Source: Anaerolineales bacterium
GTDB lineage: Bacteria; Chloroflexota; Anaerolineae; Anaerolineales; UBA6668
NCBI GenBank assembly: GCA_020630805.1
Contig: JAHDIM010000001.1
Coordinates: forward strand, 5,887-69,886
Direction of reading: 5' to 3'
Length of the DNA: 64,000 nt
Under the pieces are notes generated by a model that did no database searches, had not been told where the DNA came from, and worked only from the letters and a program-made list of their open reading frames with translations. The translations under genes were made by a program, and so were the position numbers. This document shows positions 9,361-17,342 of this stretch, in pieces; the stretch's first letter is position 1, and each line of letters starts with the position of its first letter.

Positions 9361-10000
9361 TGAGGGTATCGAGTGAAAGGTCAGCAATGCTGGTGATGAT
9401 TAAGTCTGCCGCACTGTAGTCATGCGCAGTGATATAAGGCAACGGTACGGCAACGGACTGTAATCCAGCGGCCTTTGCACTCATCACGCCAGTGTGTGAG
9501 TCTTCAATTGAAACCATCGTTTCTGGTGCAAATCCAATCCGCTCAGCGACCAAATTGTATAGATCAGGGTGCGGTTTGCCGCGTTCAACATCATCTCTAC
9601 AGACGACGGTTGCCAGTTTGGGCAGCAAGCCGTGGTAAGCCAGCCAGTTGTCGACCCAACTATGGATTGAGTTCGAAGCAACCGCAATAGTAATGTTGTT
9701 GGCAATTAGCGTGTCCATGAGCGCTTCAACGCCGTCCATTAGAGGCTGTTGGCGCACTTGTCGATTGATCTCGTAGCTAACGCGAGCCCGCGTGGCAGCG
9801 CGGTTGAACGCGTCACCTAATTTGTCTGCCAGCGGCTTGAGTGGATCGAACTCAAATGTTGCTAGTCCAATGACATGTTGCCAGTCTTCCATCGTAAGTT
9901 CGATGCCGTACTCTGCAAAAACAGACCGTCGCGCTTCAAATTCGCATGTCTCTGTGTCGACAAGCGTGCCGTCAAAGTCAAAAATTACTGCGTTTAGCAT
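9344..10000 (-). CDS. HAD-IA family phosphatase (candidate histidinol-phosphate phosphatase)
   Basis: 218 aa. Motifs are [13 protein letters not shown] (motif I), VASNS (motif II), GKPHPD (motif III) and [15 protein letters not shown] (motif IV). It is embedded between hisF and hisI. Confidence 0.8.
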   Translation of the reverse strand: MLNAVIFDFDGTLVDTETCEFEARRSVFAEYGIELTMEDWQHVIGLATFEFDPLKPLADKLGDAFNRAATRARVSYEINRQVRQQPLMDGVEALMDTLIANNITIAVASNSIHSWVDNWLAYHGLLPKLATVVCRDDVERGKPHPDLYNLVAERIGFAPETMVSIEDSHTGVMSAKAAGLQSVAVPLPYITAHDYSAADLIITSIADLSLDTLNDLCA

Positions 10001-10111
10001 AGTTGGCTGGTTGGTAGGTTTGTTAGCGGGTTAGTATCTTCGGTGTTAGCTGCCGGCGAAGATCTATCCTGATCTCACCAGCCAACCAACAAACTTACAA
10101 ACCAACCAACT
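10001..10111. repeat. About 110-nt intercistronic element closed by a 24-nt imperfect inverted repeat
   Basis: AGTTGGCTGGTTGGTAGGTTTGTT (10001-10024) against AACAAACTTACAAACCAACCAACT (10088-10111) gives 21 complementary positions of 24. An inner ATCTTCG/CGAAGAT stem is also possible. It fills the whole hisF-HAD spacer. Confidence 0.6.
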
Positions 10112-10886
10112 ACCCTTGCCTCCGAATTGAAATTCCTTGATCTGCAAGATAACTCTTCAAATCATCCACAGTATAGACTTTATCGTGGAAGATTGAGGCC
10201 GCGAGGGCAGCATCCGCTTTGCCGTTTGTTAGGACATCGGCGAAGTGTTCAGGCGTCCCAGCGCCACCGGATGCAATAACAGGAACGGAGACGCGTTCGG
10301 CAATGGCTTTGGTCAACGGAATGTCATAGCCGGCCGTCGTGCCGTCTGCATCGATGCTAGTGAGTAGGATTTCGCCAGCACCACGTTCAACGGCCTCAAT
10401 GGCCCACTCGACAGCATCGATGCCGGTTGGGGTGCGGCCCCCGCTGACATAAACTTCCCATTTTGGATCCTCGTCAGGAGCAGAAATAAGCTTTGCATCG
10501 ATAGACAGCACAATACATTGTGAGCCGAAACGTTCTGCGCCTTGGGTGAGTAATTCTGGCGTCCGAACTGCCGCGGAGTTGATGCCGACTTTGTCAGCGC
10601 CAGCCCGCAAAATGCGTTTGATGTCTTCAACTTTGCGAATGCCCCCACCAACAGCTAACGGCATAAACACTTGATCCGCAACTTCACGGACCATTTCTGC
10701 CACTGTGGCATGGCCTTCAGGCGTGGCACTGATATCTAAAAAGACCAATTCGTCTGCGCCCATTGCATCGTAAAGTTTGGCTTGTTCTACTGGGTCGCCA
10801 GCATCGCGCAAATTGACGAAGTTGACGCCTTTGACCACGCGTCCATTTTTGATGTCTAGACAAGGGATAATACGTTTCGCGTGCAT
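10110..10886 (-). CDS. hisF: Imidazole glycerol phosphate synthase cyclase subunit
   Basis: [24 protein letters not shown] chose the ATG at 10886, which overlaps the hisA stop (TAATG). The 20-aa extension in the track is rejected. Confidence 0.93.
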   Translation of the reverse strand: MHAKRIIPCLDIKNGRVVKGVNFVNLRDAGDPVEQAKLYDAMGADELVFLDISATPEGHATVAEMVREVADQVFMPLAVGGGIRKVEDIKRILRAGADKVGINSAAVRTPELLTQGAERFGSQCIVLSIDAKLISAPDEDPKWEVYVSGGRTPTGIDAVEWAIEAVERGAGEILLTSIDADGTTAGYDIPLTKAIAERVSVPVIASGGAGTPEHFADVLTNGKADAALAASIFHDKVYTVDDLKSYLADQGISIRRQG

Positions 10887-11602
10887 TACAACACCTCTGA
10901 AAGGTGGGCGATTGTGCCTTCGTACAAGGCGCGGCCAATGATGCAACCAGCGAGATCGGCAGCGCGAGCGCCATGGACATCAGCGGCAGTATGGACACCG
11001 CCACTGGCAATGACATTGAGTCCACTTTCGCGGGCAAGTTCTACAGTTGCATCTAAATTCAAGCCTGTTCCAACGCCATCGCGGGAAATATCGGTGAAGA
11101 TAGTCCACTCAACGCCTTGGGCGACCATTTGCTTGGCAAGTGTTAATGTCTCAATGCCAGAGGCTTCTTGCCAACCGTGAGTGCGGACAATGCCGTCACG
11201 CGAGTCAATGCCGACCGCAATTTTTGCGGCCCCATGCTTTGCTAGAGCGGCATCGACCAGAGCGGGGTTTTTGACAGCGGCAGTGCCGATCACGACGCGT
11301 GAGACACCTTGGTCGATGACACGATCGATGTCTTCAAGCGTGCGTAAGCCGCCACCGAATTGGACTGGCGTTCCGCGTTGCGCAATCTTGGCAACAGCGG
11401 CAAGGTTTGGGCTTTCTGTTTCGCCAAAAGCCCCGTCTAAATTGACGACGTGTAGCCATTGCGCACCTTGGCTAATCCATTGGTCGGCCATACTAGCTGG
11501 CTCAAAGGAATAGGTAGTTTGTTGGTTTGGGTCGCCAAGCTTTAGACGCACGACTTGGCCGTTGCGTAAATCGATGGCGGGGTAGACGTTGAAGGGAGTC
11601 AT
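10886..11602 (-). CDS. hisA: ProFAR isomerase
   Basis: 238 aa. [24 protein letters not shown] and the (beta/alpha)8 HisA pattern. Confidence 0.92.
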   Translation of the reverse strand: MTPFNVYPAIDLRNGQVVRLKLGDPNQQTTYSFEPASMADQWISQGAQWLHVVNLDGAFGETESPNLAAVAKIAQRGTPVQFGGGLRTLEDIDRVIDQGVSRVVIGTAAVKNPALVDAALAKHGAAKIAVGIDSRDGIVRTHGWQEASGIETLTLAKQMVAQGVEWTIFTDISRDGVGTGLNLDATVELARESGLNVIASGGVHTAADVHGARAADLAGCIIGRALYEGTIAHLSEVL

Positions 11603-11732
11603 AATGCGTAAGGTGTAATTCGTAACTTATCCGCGTCATTTTGAGCGCGAACGACTTGGTCGTTGTCTGTTTCTAATTGTAAGCGTGCGTCCGAAGGTAA
11701 GGTGCAGCCGCTAGAATCTAATGGTCAGTTGC

Positions 11733-12341
11733 TTAGCAGTTTTCGACAAAGTTACGTAGGATCTTCAGACCGACGTGTTGGCTCTTTTCTGGGTGAAACT
11801 GGACCCCGTAAAGATTGTCAACTTGCACAACTGAACAGAAATCGCCGCCGTAGTTGGTTGTTGCCAAAACATGATCTGAATTGCTTGGACGACAGACAAA
11901 ACTGTGATTGAAATAGGCATAGCGGTCTGACGGTAAGTCATGCAACAGCGGATTGTCCCGCACCGGATCTAATTGGTTCCAGCCTGTATGCGGCACTTTC
12001 AGGTTTGCTATTTCAAAGCGGGTGCAGTTACCGGGCAAAACCCCCAATCCCTGATGTGTGCCAAGTTCCAAACCTTCTTCAAAAAACATTTGCATGCCGA
12101 CGCAAATGCCTAACAGTGGTTTTTCTTTGACAACCTCAAGAACGGTATCCACAAGGTCAAATTCGCGGACACCGCGCATGCAGTCGCCAAATGCACCGAC
12201 ACCGGGCAAGACCACTTTGTCCGCATTCAAAATTGTTTCGCGATCTTTGGACAGAATGATGTTGCCACCGACGGATTCGATCGCTTTTTCAACAGACCGT
12301 AAATTGCCGACACCATGATCAATCATCACAATTTGTTGCAT
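11733..12341 (-). CDS. hisH: Imidazole glycerol phosphate synthase glutamine amidotransferase subunit
   Basis: 202 aa. MIDHGVGNLRSVEKA, LPGVGAFG, GICVGMQ (catalytic Cys) and the FHPEKS motif. Confidence 0.93.
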   Translation of the reverse strand: MQQIVMIDHGVGNLRSVEKAIESVGGNIILSKDRETILNADKVVLPGVGAFGDCMRGVREFDLVDTVLEVVKEKPLLGICVGMQMFFEEGLELGTHQGLGVLPGNCTRFEIANLKVPHTGWNQLDPVRDNPLLHDLPSDRYAYFNHSFVCRPSNSDHVLATTNYGGDFCSVVQVDNLYGVQFHPEKSQHVGLKILRNFVENC

Positions 12342-12343
12342 GG

Positions 12344-12931
12344 TTAGAGCGCTCCTTTTGTTGAGGGGATAGCCCCGGCGCGGCGTGGGTCGATTTGTGT
12401 CGCGGCATCTAAGGCGCGGGCTAAGGCTTTGAAAAGTGCCTCGGTTTTGTGGTGGTCATCGCGGCCATATGGCACGCTGGCATGTAACGTTGACTTCGAG
12501 GTCACGGCAAACGATTCAAAGAAGTGTTCCACCAAGCTCGTTGGAAATTGTCCGATCATGGGCACTGCAAATTCAGCTTGAAACACTGAGTAAGGCCGGC
12601 CAGACAAGTCAATGACCACACGTGCCAGAGCTTCATCCATTGGAACAAATGACGATGCAGTGCGGACAATGCCTGCTTTGTCTCCAATGGCGTCAGCAAA
12701 GGCTTGTCCTAAAACAAGAGCCGTATCTTCAATGGTGTGGTGGGCGTCTATGTGGAGATCGCCAACAGTTTTGACCTCTAAGTCAAAGAGGCCATGCACA
12801 GCAAGGGCCGTCAACATGTGGTCTAAGAAGCCAACCCCAGTGCTGATGTTGTGCTGGCCTGTGCCGTCAATATTGACCGTGATGGCGATGTCAGTTTCTT
12901 TGGTTTTGCGGGTAACGGTTGCTGTTCGCAT
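12344..12931 (-). CDS. hisB: Imidazoleglycerol-phosphate dehydratase (monofunctional, no phosphatase domain)
   Basis: 195 aa. [29 protein letters not shown] and [10 protein letters not shown]. Confidence 0.93.
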   Translation of the reverse strand: MRTATVTRKTKETDIAITVNIDGTGQHNISTGVGFLDHMLTALAVHGLFDLEVKTVGDLHIDAHHTIEDTALVLGQAFADAIGDKAGIVRTASSFVPMDEALARVVIDLSGRPYSVFQAEFAVPMIGQFPTSLVEHFFESFAVTSKSTLHASVPYGRDDHHKTEALFKALARALDAATQIDPRRAGAIPSTKGAL

Positions 12932-12947
12932 AAAATTTTGTTGCCCT

Positions 12948-12981
12948 ATTGTAGTGACCTGGCTAGCCAGGTCACTACAAT
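12948..12981. repeat. Perfect 34-nt palindrome in the hisC-hisB junction (copy 2 of TTGTAGTGACNTGGC family)
   Basis: ATTGTAGTGACCTGGCT|AGCCAGGTCACTACAAT. It overlaps the last two sense codons and the stop codon of hisC. Confidence 0.9.
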
Positions 12982-14072
12982 AAGTCTTTCAATACCTCGA
13001 TCAATTTGTCGGTGTGCTCTGGCTTTCCAACCGAAATCCGGATCATATTGCTAACGCCGGGTTTATTGAAATGCCGCACAAGAATGCCATGGTCAGCCAA
13101 CGTTTGTTTCAAATCGGCAGCCTGTTTGTCTCCCGTGACATTACACAGTACAAATGCGGACTGAGTCGGCAACGGTTCCAGATAGTCAATCTCAGATAAC
13201 TTCTGGCTCAGTCGTTCACGTTCATCAATCAGCAATTGTAGGTTCGCTTGGAGATAGTCTAGGTCTTGCAAAGAGGCAATCGCGGCGGCATCTCCGGCCA
13301 CATTGATGTTATAGGGTTGCTTCATTGTCCAAAGATAAGGCATTAGCTCTTTTGGGAAAGCACCATAGCCTACGCGGAGCCCTGCTAGCCCAGCCCATTT
13401 GCTAAATGTCCCTAACACAATTAGATTGTCGTACTCTTCGACCCATGTCATGCGGCTAGCGCCTGGGCCAGCATAATCGACATAGGCTTCGTCTAGCACG
13501 ATTAGAATTGGCATGGACAATAAACGCTTCAAGTCTTTGTCCGAAATCACACCGCCATTTGGATTGTTAGGCGATGTAATGAACATGATCTTAGGACGAT
13601 TTTTGACGACCTGGGCCTGAATTTCATCCAAATCGAGCGAGAAGTCTGCTTTACGCGGGACCGAGATGACAGTGCCAGCATTGATAGCGGTGTCAAACGC
13701 ATACATGCCGAACGTTGGCGGACAATTCAAAATTGCTTCACCAGGTTCAAGAACCAATCGCAAAATGAGATCGATGAGTTCGTCGGCGCCAGCACCGCAC
13801 AGAATCTGGTCAGCGGGAACTTGCAAAAAATCCGCTAGCAAAGCGCGTAGCTTGCGGCTTTCCGGGTCCGGATAGATATGCGGAAACGGCAAGTTCTGTA
13901 CCGCAGCAATGGCTTTGGGGCTTGGACCGTATGGGTTCTCATTCGCATCTAGCTTGATGATGTCGTCAATTGGGCGGCCTAGCTGCTCCGAAAGTACATC
14001 AAACGGCACAATAGGCGTGTAGGGGGCTAGCGTGCGAAAGTGTTCGCGGACAAATTTGCTGGCTGTAATCAT
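12975..14072 (-). CDS. hisC: Histidinol-phosphate aminotransferase
   Basis: 365 aa. [13 protein letters not shown], the PLP-lysine context [16 protein letters not shown], and its position in the operon. Confidence 0.92.
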   Translation of the reverse strand: MITASKFVREHFRTLAPYTPIVPFDVLSEQLGRPIDDIIKLDANENPYGPSPKAIAAVQNLPFPHIYPDPESRKLRALLADFLQVPADQILCGAGADELIDLILRLVLEPGEAILNCPPTFGMYAFDTAINAGTVISVPRKADFSLDLDEIQAQVVKNRPKIMFITSPNNPNGGVISDKDLKRLLSMPILIVLDEAYVDYAGPGASRMTWVEEYDNLIVLGTFSKWAGLAGLRVGYGAFPKELMPYLWTMKQPYNINVAGDAAAIASLQDLDYLQANLQLLIDERERLSQKLSEIDYLEPLPTQSAFVLCNVTGDKQAADLKQTLADHGILVRHFNKPGVSNMIRISVGKPEHTDKLIEVLKDLL

Positions 14073-15082
14073 TAGCGCTGAGTTGGGTTGGCAAGCTCGG
14101 CTTGCAGTTCAGTGAAGCTAGCAGGTGCTTCCTCAAAAATGTACGTAATTGGCATCACCACTACACCAGTTGTGCCAATAGCGCGCAGTTGTTTGACGGC
14201 AGTGGCAATTTTGGGCTTCGGCACAATCACCTCAATTGCGTATGTATTGTTTGAATTTTGTCGGTCAACGACACGGGCGACCGTTGGGCCAGTGAGGCCG
14301 CCAACATCCGTTTTTTCAAAAAGAAGTTGTCCAATTGTCTCTGGTGAGTCGCCCCGAATATTGCCAATGAGGTGGTAGAACCCTTTCGCACGTAGATTAG
14401 CTTCCGTAAGCTCAAGCAATGTATTGGCGACAGCAAGTACAGCTTCATCTTTCAAGTTTTCGCGACTACCAATCAAGCAGGCTTGTGAGTTTAGAATACA
14501 ACCGCCGCTAATTGTTTTCATGCGATTGTCTTTCAAGGTTTGCCCAGACGACACTAGATCCACAATAAAATCTGCATAACCGAGTTCAGGCGCGATTTCT
14601 AAGGTGCCTTCAGGCGCAATTAGCTTGCAAGCATCAAGGTTGTTTTCTGCAAGAAAGCGCTGCGTGAGCACTGGGAACTTACTTGCTAAACGTGGTTCTG
14701 AAATTGATTTCAGATGTGCGCCTAAGTCAGCAACGGTGTCTACATCTGTCCAAGTTTCGGGCACGGCCAACTCTAGTCGACAACTTCCAAAGCCAAGAGC
14801 TGGGTGCATAACGACAACTTTTTGCTTCTCGCCACGATATTCTTCGGCAATGTCTAATCCTGTAATGCCAAAGTCTAGGCTGCCGCTGCGAACGCCGACA
14901 ACAATATCACCAGCGCGTTGAAAAACGACCTGTACGTTTGGCAACGCAGGCATCGTGGCAATATATTGACGTGAGTTGGGTTTGTATACGCTTAGTCCAC
15001 ACTGCTCTAAGAAACTGAGGGCAGAGTCGCGCAGTCGCCCCTTGCTAGGAATACCAATTCGAATTGTGTTTCGGTCACTCAT
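14072..15082 (-). CDS. hisG: ATP phosphoribosyltransferase, long form with C-terminal regulatory domain
   Basis: 336 aa. IRIGIPSKGRL, DIVVGVRSGSLDFGITGLD, DLVSSGQTLKDN, and a HisG_C-like tail. The stop overlaps the hisC ATG. Confidence 0.92.
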   Translation of the reverse strand: MSDRNTIRIGIPSKGRLRDSALSFLEQCGLSVYKPNSRQYIATMPALPNVQVVFQRAGDIVVGVRSGSLDFGITGLDIAEEYRGEKQKVVVMHPALGFGSCRLELAVPETWTDVDTVADLGAHLKSISEPRLASKFPVLTQRFLAENNLDACKLIAPEGTLEIAPELGYADFIVDLVSSGQTLKDNRMKTISGGCILNSQACLIGSRENLKDEAVLAVANTLLELTEANLRAKGFYHLIGNIRGDSPETIGQLLFEKTDVGGLTGPTVARVVDRQNSNNTYAIEVIVPKPKIATAVKQLRAIGTTGVVVMPITYIFEEAPASFTELQAELANPTQR

Positions 15083-15091
15083 AAGTTATTC

Positions 15092-15125
15092 AAATAAAAA
15101 ACCCACTCTCGGATGAAAGTGGGTT
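15092..15125 (-). terminator. Attenuator terminator in the his leader
   Basis: Minus-strand RNA is AACCCACUUU-CAUCCG-AGAGUGGGUU followed by UUUUAUUU. It ends about 9 nt before the hisG ATG. Confidence 0.85.
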
Positions 15126-15180
15126 CAGTTACATTTCCTGTGGCTATGTTGAAATAGCCCGCCGCATCCGTTTGCCGTCG

Positions 15181-15222
15181 TCAAAAACTATGATGATGGT
15201 GATGGTGCGTTGTGTTGCTCAT
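15181..15222 (-). CDS. hisL: Histidine operon leader peptide MSNTTHHHHHHSF
   Basis: ATG AGC AAC ACA ACG CAC CAT CAC CAT CAT CAT AGT TTT TGA has six consecutive His codons. It sits between the promoter and the terminator hairpin upstream of hisG. The symbol is by analogy with enteric hisL. Confidence 0.8.
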   Translation of the reverse strand: MSNTTHHHHHHSF

Positions 15223-15228
15223 GCGCAA

Positions 15229-15257
15229 ATAATAGCACACTCACATTGCTCTTGTCA
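15229..15257 (-). promoter_or_regulatory. his operon promoter (TGACAA - 17 nt - TGcTATTAT)
   Basis: On the minus strand the -35 is at 15257-15252 and the extended -10 TGc + TATTAT is at 15237-15229. The hexamer ends 6 nt before the leader ATG. Confidence 0.65.
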
Positions 15258-15291
15258 GTTGCGCTCGGCCTAATGAAACCCAAGTTTATTT

Positions 15292-15696
15292 GTGCTAAAC
15301 TCCCCACTTATGACTGCTCTAATTCCTATCTACACTGGTCTCTACAATACTGCGCTTCTGTTCTCAGCATTTATGGCGATTTGGAGTTTTTGGCTTTGGT
15401 TCCGTCGGGAAGAGCTGAACTCTAATTTCTGGGGCGCGTTGGTGATCAATGCGCTATTGCTCATTGTGCAACTTGTACTTGGGGGCCTGATGTATTTCAA
15501 CGGGATTGCCGCAGAACGCTGGGTGCATTACTTATACGACATCATGATGGCCATTACAATCCCAGCGATTTTTGCCTACACGCGTGGGCGTAGTAGCTAT
15601 CAAGAAGGGCTTGTGTACGCTGTGGCGCTATTTTTTGTTTGGGGCTTAGTGCTGCGAGCAGTTATTACAGGCGGGGGGCTATTGCCTGCCGCGTAA
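15292..15696 (+). CDS. Small integral membrane protein, unknown function
   Basis: 134 aa with four hydrophobic helices. The start is uncertain (GTG 15292 or ATG 15310). Confidence 0.55.
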   Translation: MLNSPLMTALIPIYTGLYNTALLFSAFMAIWSFWLWFRREELNSNFWGALVINALLLIVQLVLGGLMYFNGIAAERWVHYLYDIMMAITIPAIFAYTRGRSSYQEGLVYAVALFFVWGLVLRAVITGGGLLPAA

Positions 15697-15700
15697 TCCG

Positions 15701-16276
15701 ATGCACCGTTCAACCCTTTGGGTGGTAGTTGTTGTTTGTAGCTTGTTGGGTGTATTCCTGCTTGCATCGCAAATGATTTGGTTTTCTGACCGTCCGCAGG
15801 CAATTCCTACATTACCAAACCCGCATGTCGGGTGGAGAACGCCTGCGCCTGTCACAGTTGATGTTCAACGCTATGAGCATCCGACCAAGACATTTGCCGT
15901 CTTATATCCAACATCTTGGTCTGTAGAAACCTTGGATGCAAACGCAATCTTTACTGGTACAGAACCGATTTCTATGCAAATTGAAGTGCTGGACAATGCG
16001 CGGACGCACGCTGAGGTAGTTGGCTTTTATACATCCCTTACATTCCCACCAGAAACGCAACTTCAGCGTTGGTCGGAAACCAACAATAGTACAGTGTTGG
16101 CTTACGCAATCCATGACAATCATACGGATAAAATTAACCAAACATTAGTTTTTATAGATACATTCCCTCAATATACGTACGTTCAGACAATAATTCTTGA
16201 TCGTGAAGCGTATGAGCGGTACTATGATCTTGTTGGGCTCCTTGCCAATAACGTGGAATATATCCAAGGTCAATAA
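15701..16276 (+). CDS. Membrane-anchored or secreted hypothetical protein
   Basis: 191 aa. N-terminal anchor is WVVVVVCSLLGVFLLASQ. The start lies 4 nt after the previous stop. Confidence 0.55.
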   Translation: MHRSTLWVVVVVCSLLGVFLLASQMIWFSDRPQAIPTLPNPHVGWRTPAPVTVDVQRYEHPTKTFAVLYPTSWSVETLDANAIFTGTEPISMQIEVLDNARTHAEVVGFYTSLTFPPETQLQRWSETNNSTVLAYAIHDNHTDKINQTLVFIDTFPQYTYVQTIILDREAYERYYDLVGLLANNVEYIQGQ

Positions 16277-16282
16277 TTCATT

Positions 16283-17266
16283 TTGCAAATCAGATTTTTT
16301 TCTAGACGCTTGCCGCGTGCCATTGTTGTTAGCGTTCTTCTATGCTTCAGTGTGGTCACGATCGTGGCTGCACAAGCTGACACGCAGCCTTACATTGTCG
16401 TTCCAGGCGATTCGCTTTCCCGAATTGCGCAAAAGCACGACACCTCTGTAGAGACATTGCTCACGCTCAATGCCCTCGATAATCCAAATCAGTTATCCGT
16501 TGGGCAAACAATCTTAGTGCCAGCGCAAAACGTTGCGCCGCCAGCACCCGCACCGCAACCAGTTTCTCAACCGCCAACCGCGCCTGTCGCAGACCAAGCG
16601 GGTGAAATTGTTCCAGTGTTATATGTTGTTCAAGCGGGCGACAACTTAGCAAAAGTTGCGCGGAACCACGGCACGACGGTTGACGAGTTAATCAAGATCA
16701 ATGAATTGGAGAGCGATGTTCTCCAACTTGGGCAGCAGTTGATTGTTGGTTATAAGCTGGTCATTCCAGATCCCCCGCCGCCACCTGCCCCTGATCCATT
16801 AGATCGTGAGCCGGCCAGTGAACTTACCATTGATTTCCAGACTCCAACAATCGTTGAAGGTTGGATAACAGGGCCGCCAGAATTCGTGGCAGGGACTAGC
16901 GAAGCATTAGGGTGGTTGGCTGCATTTGAACCGGCTATCTATCAGCTTGCGCAGACGTACATTACTGAGATTATTCCTAGTAATGACCCTGGCTTGGCGT
17001 GGGCTCGTTTGCGTCCAAATGGAACCTGTCAAGTTGCCATGTTGGAAGGCGACATGATGGTCGTTGCTTCGGTGATTTATCATGAGGCGCTGCACTGTGC
17101 CCATTTCTTGCGCGGTGTATTCCTGACCGAAGAACAAGAAGAGGCTTATGCCTATGCCCATCAGCTTGAGTTCGCTAAACGACACAACATGCCGCAAGAT
17201 TTCATTGATGAACTGGAGCGTAAGTGGTTTTTGTTTGCGCTTGGCTTGAATCCCTATCGGGGGTAG
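16283..17266 (+). CDS. Secreted protein with two LysM domains, a Pro-rich linker and a C-terminal HExxH domain
   Basis: Signal peptide, then YIVVPGDSLSRIAQKHDTSVETLLTLN and YVVQAGDNLAKVARNHGTTVDELIKIN (LysM). Linker is PDPPPPPAPDP. The C-terminal region contains VIYHEALHCAHF. Confidence 0.75.
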   Translation: MQIRFFSRRLPRAIVVSVLLCFSVVTIVAAQADTQPYIVVPGDSLSRIAQKHDTSVETLLTLNALDNPNQLSVGQTILVPAQNVAPPAPAPQPVSQPPTAPVADQAGEIVPVLYVVQAGDNLAKVARNHGTTVDELIKINELESDVLQLGQQLIVGYKLVIPDPPPPPAPDPLDREPASELTIDFQTPTIVEGWITGPPEFVAGTSEALGWLAAFEPAIYQLAQTYITEIIPSNDPGLAWARLRPNGTCQVAMLEGDMMVVASVIYHEALHCAHFLRGVFLTEEQEEAYAYAHQLEFAKRHNMPQDFIDELERKWFLFALGLNPYRG

Positions 17267-17290
17267 CACTTACATCTTGAAATGTGAATC

Positions 17291-17325
17291 AAAAAAGGAC
17301 TGGATTTCGTGCCAGTCCTTTTTTT
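17291..17325. terminator. Bidirectional intrinsic terminator
   Basis: AAAAAA-GGACTGG-atttcgtg-CCAGTCC-TTTTTTT between the convergent LysM gene and the kinase gene. Confidence 0.85.
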
Positions 17326-17342
17326 GATTGTAAACGTTTTAT

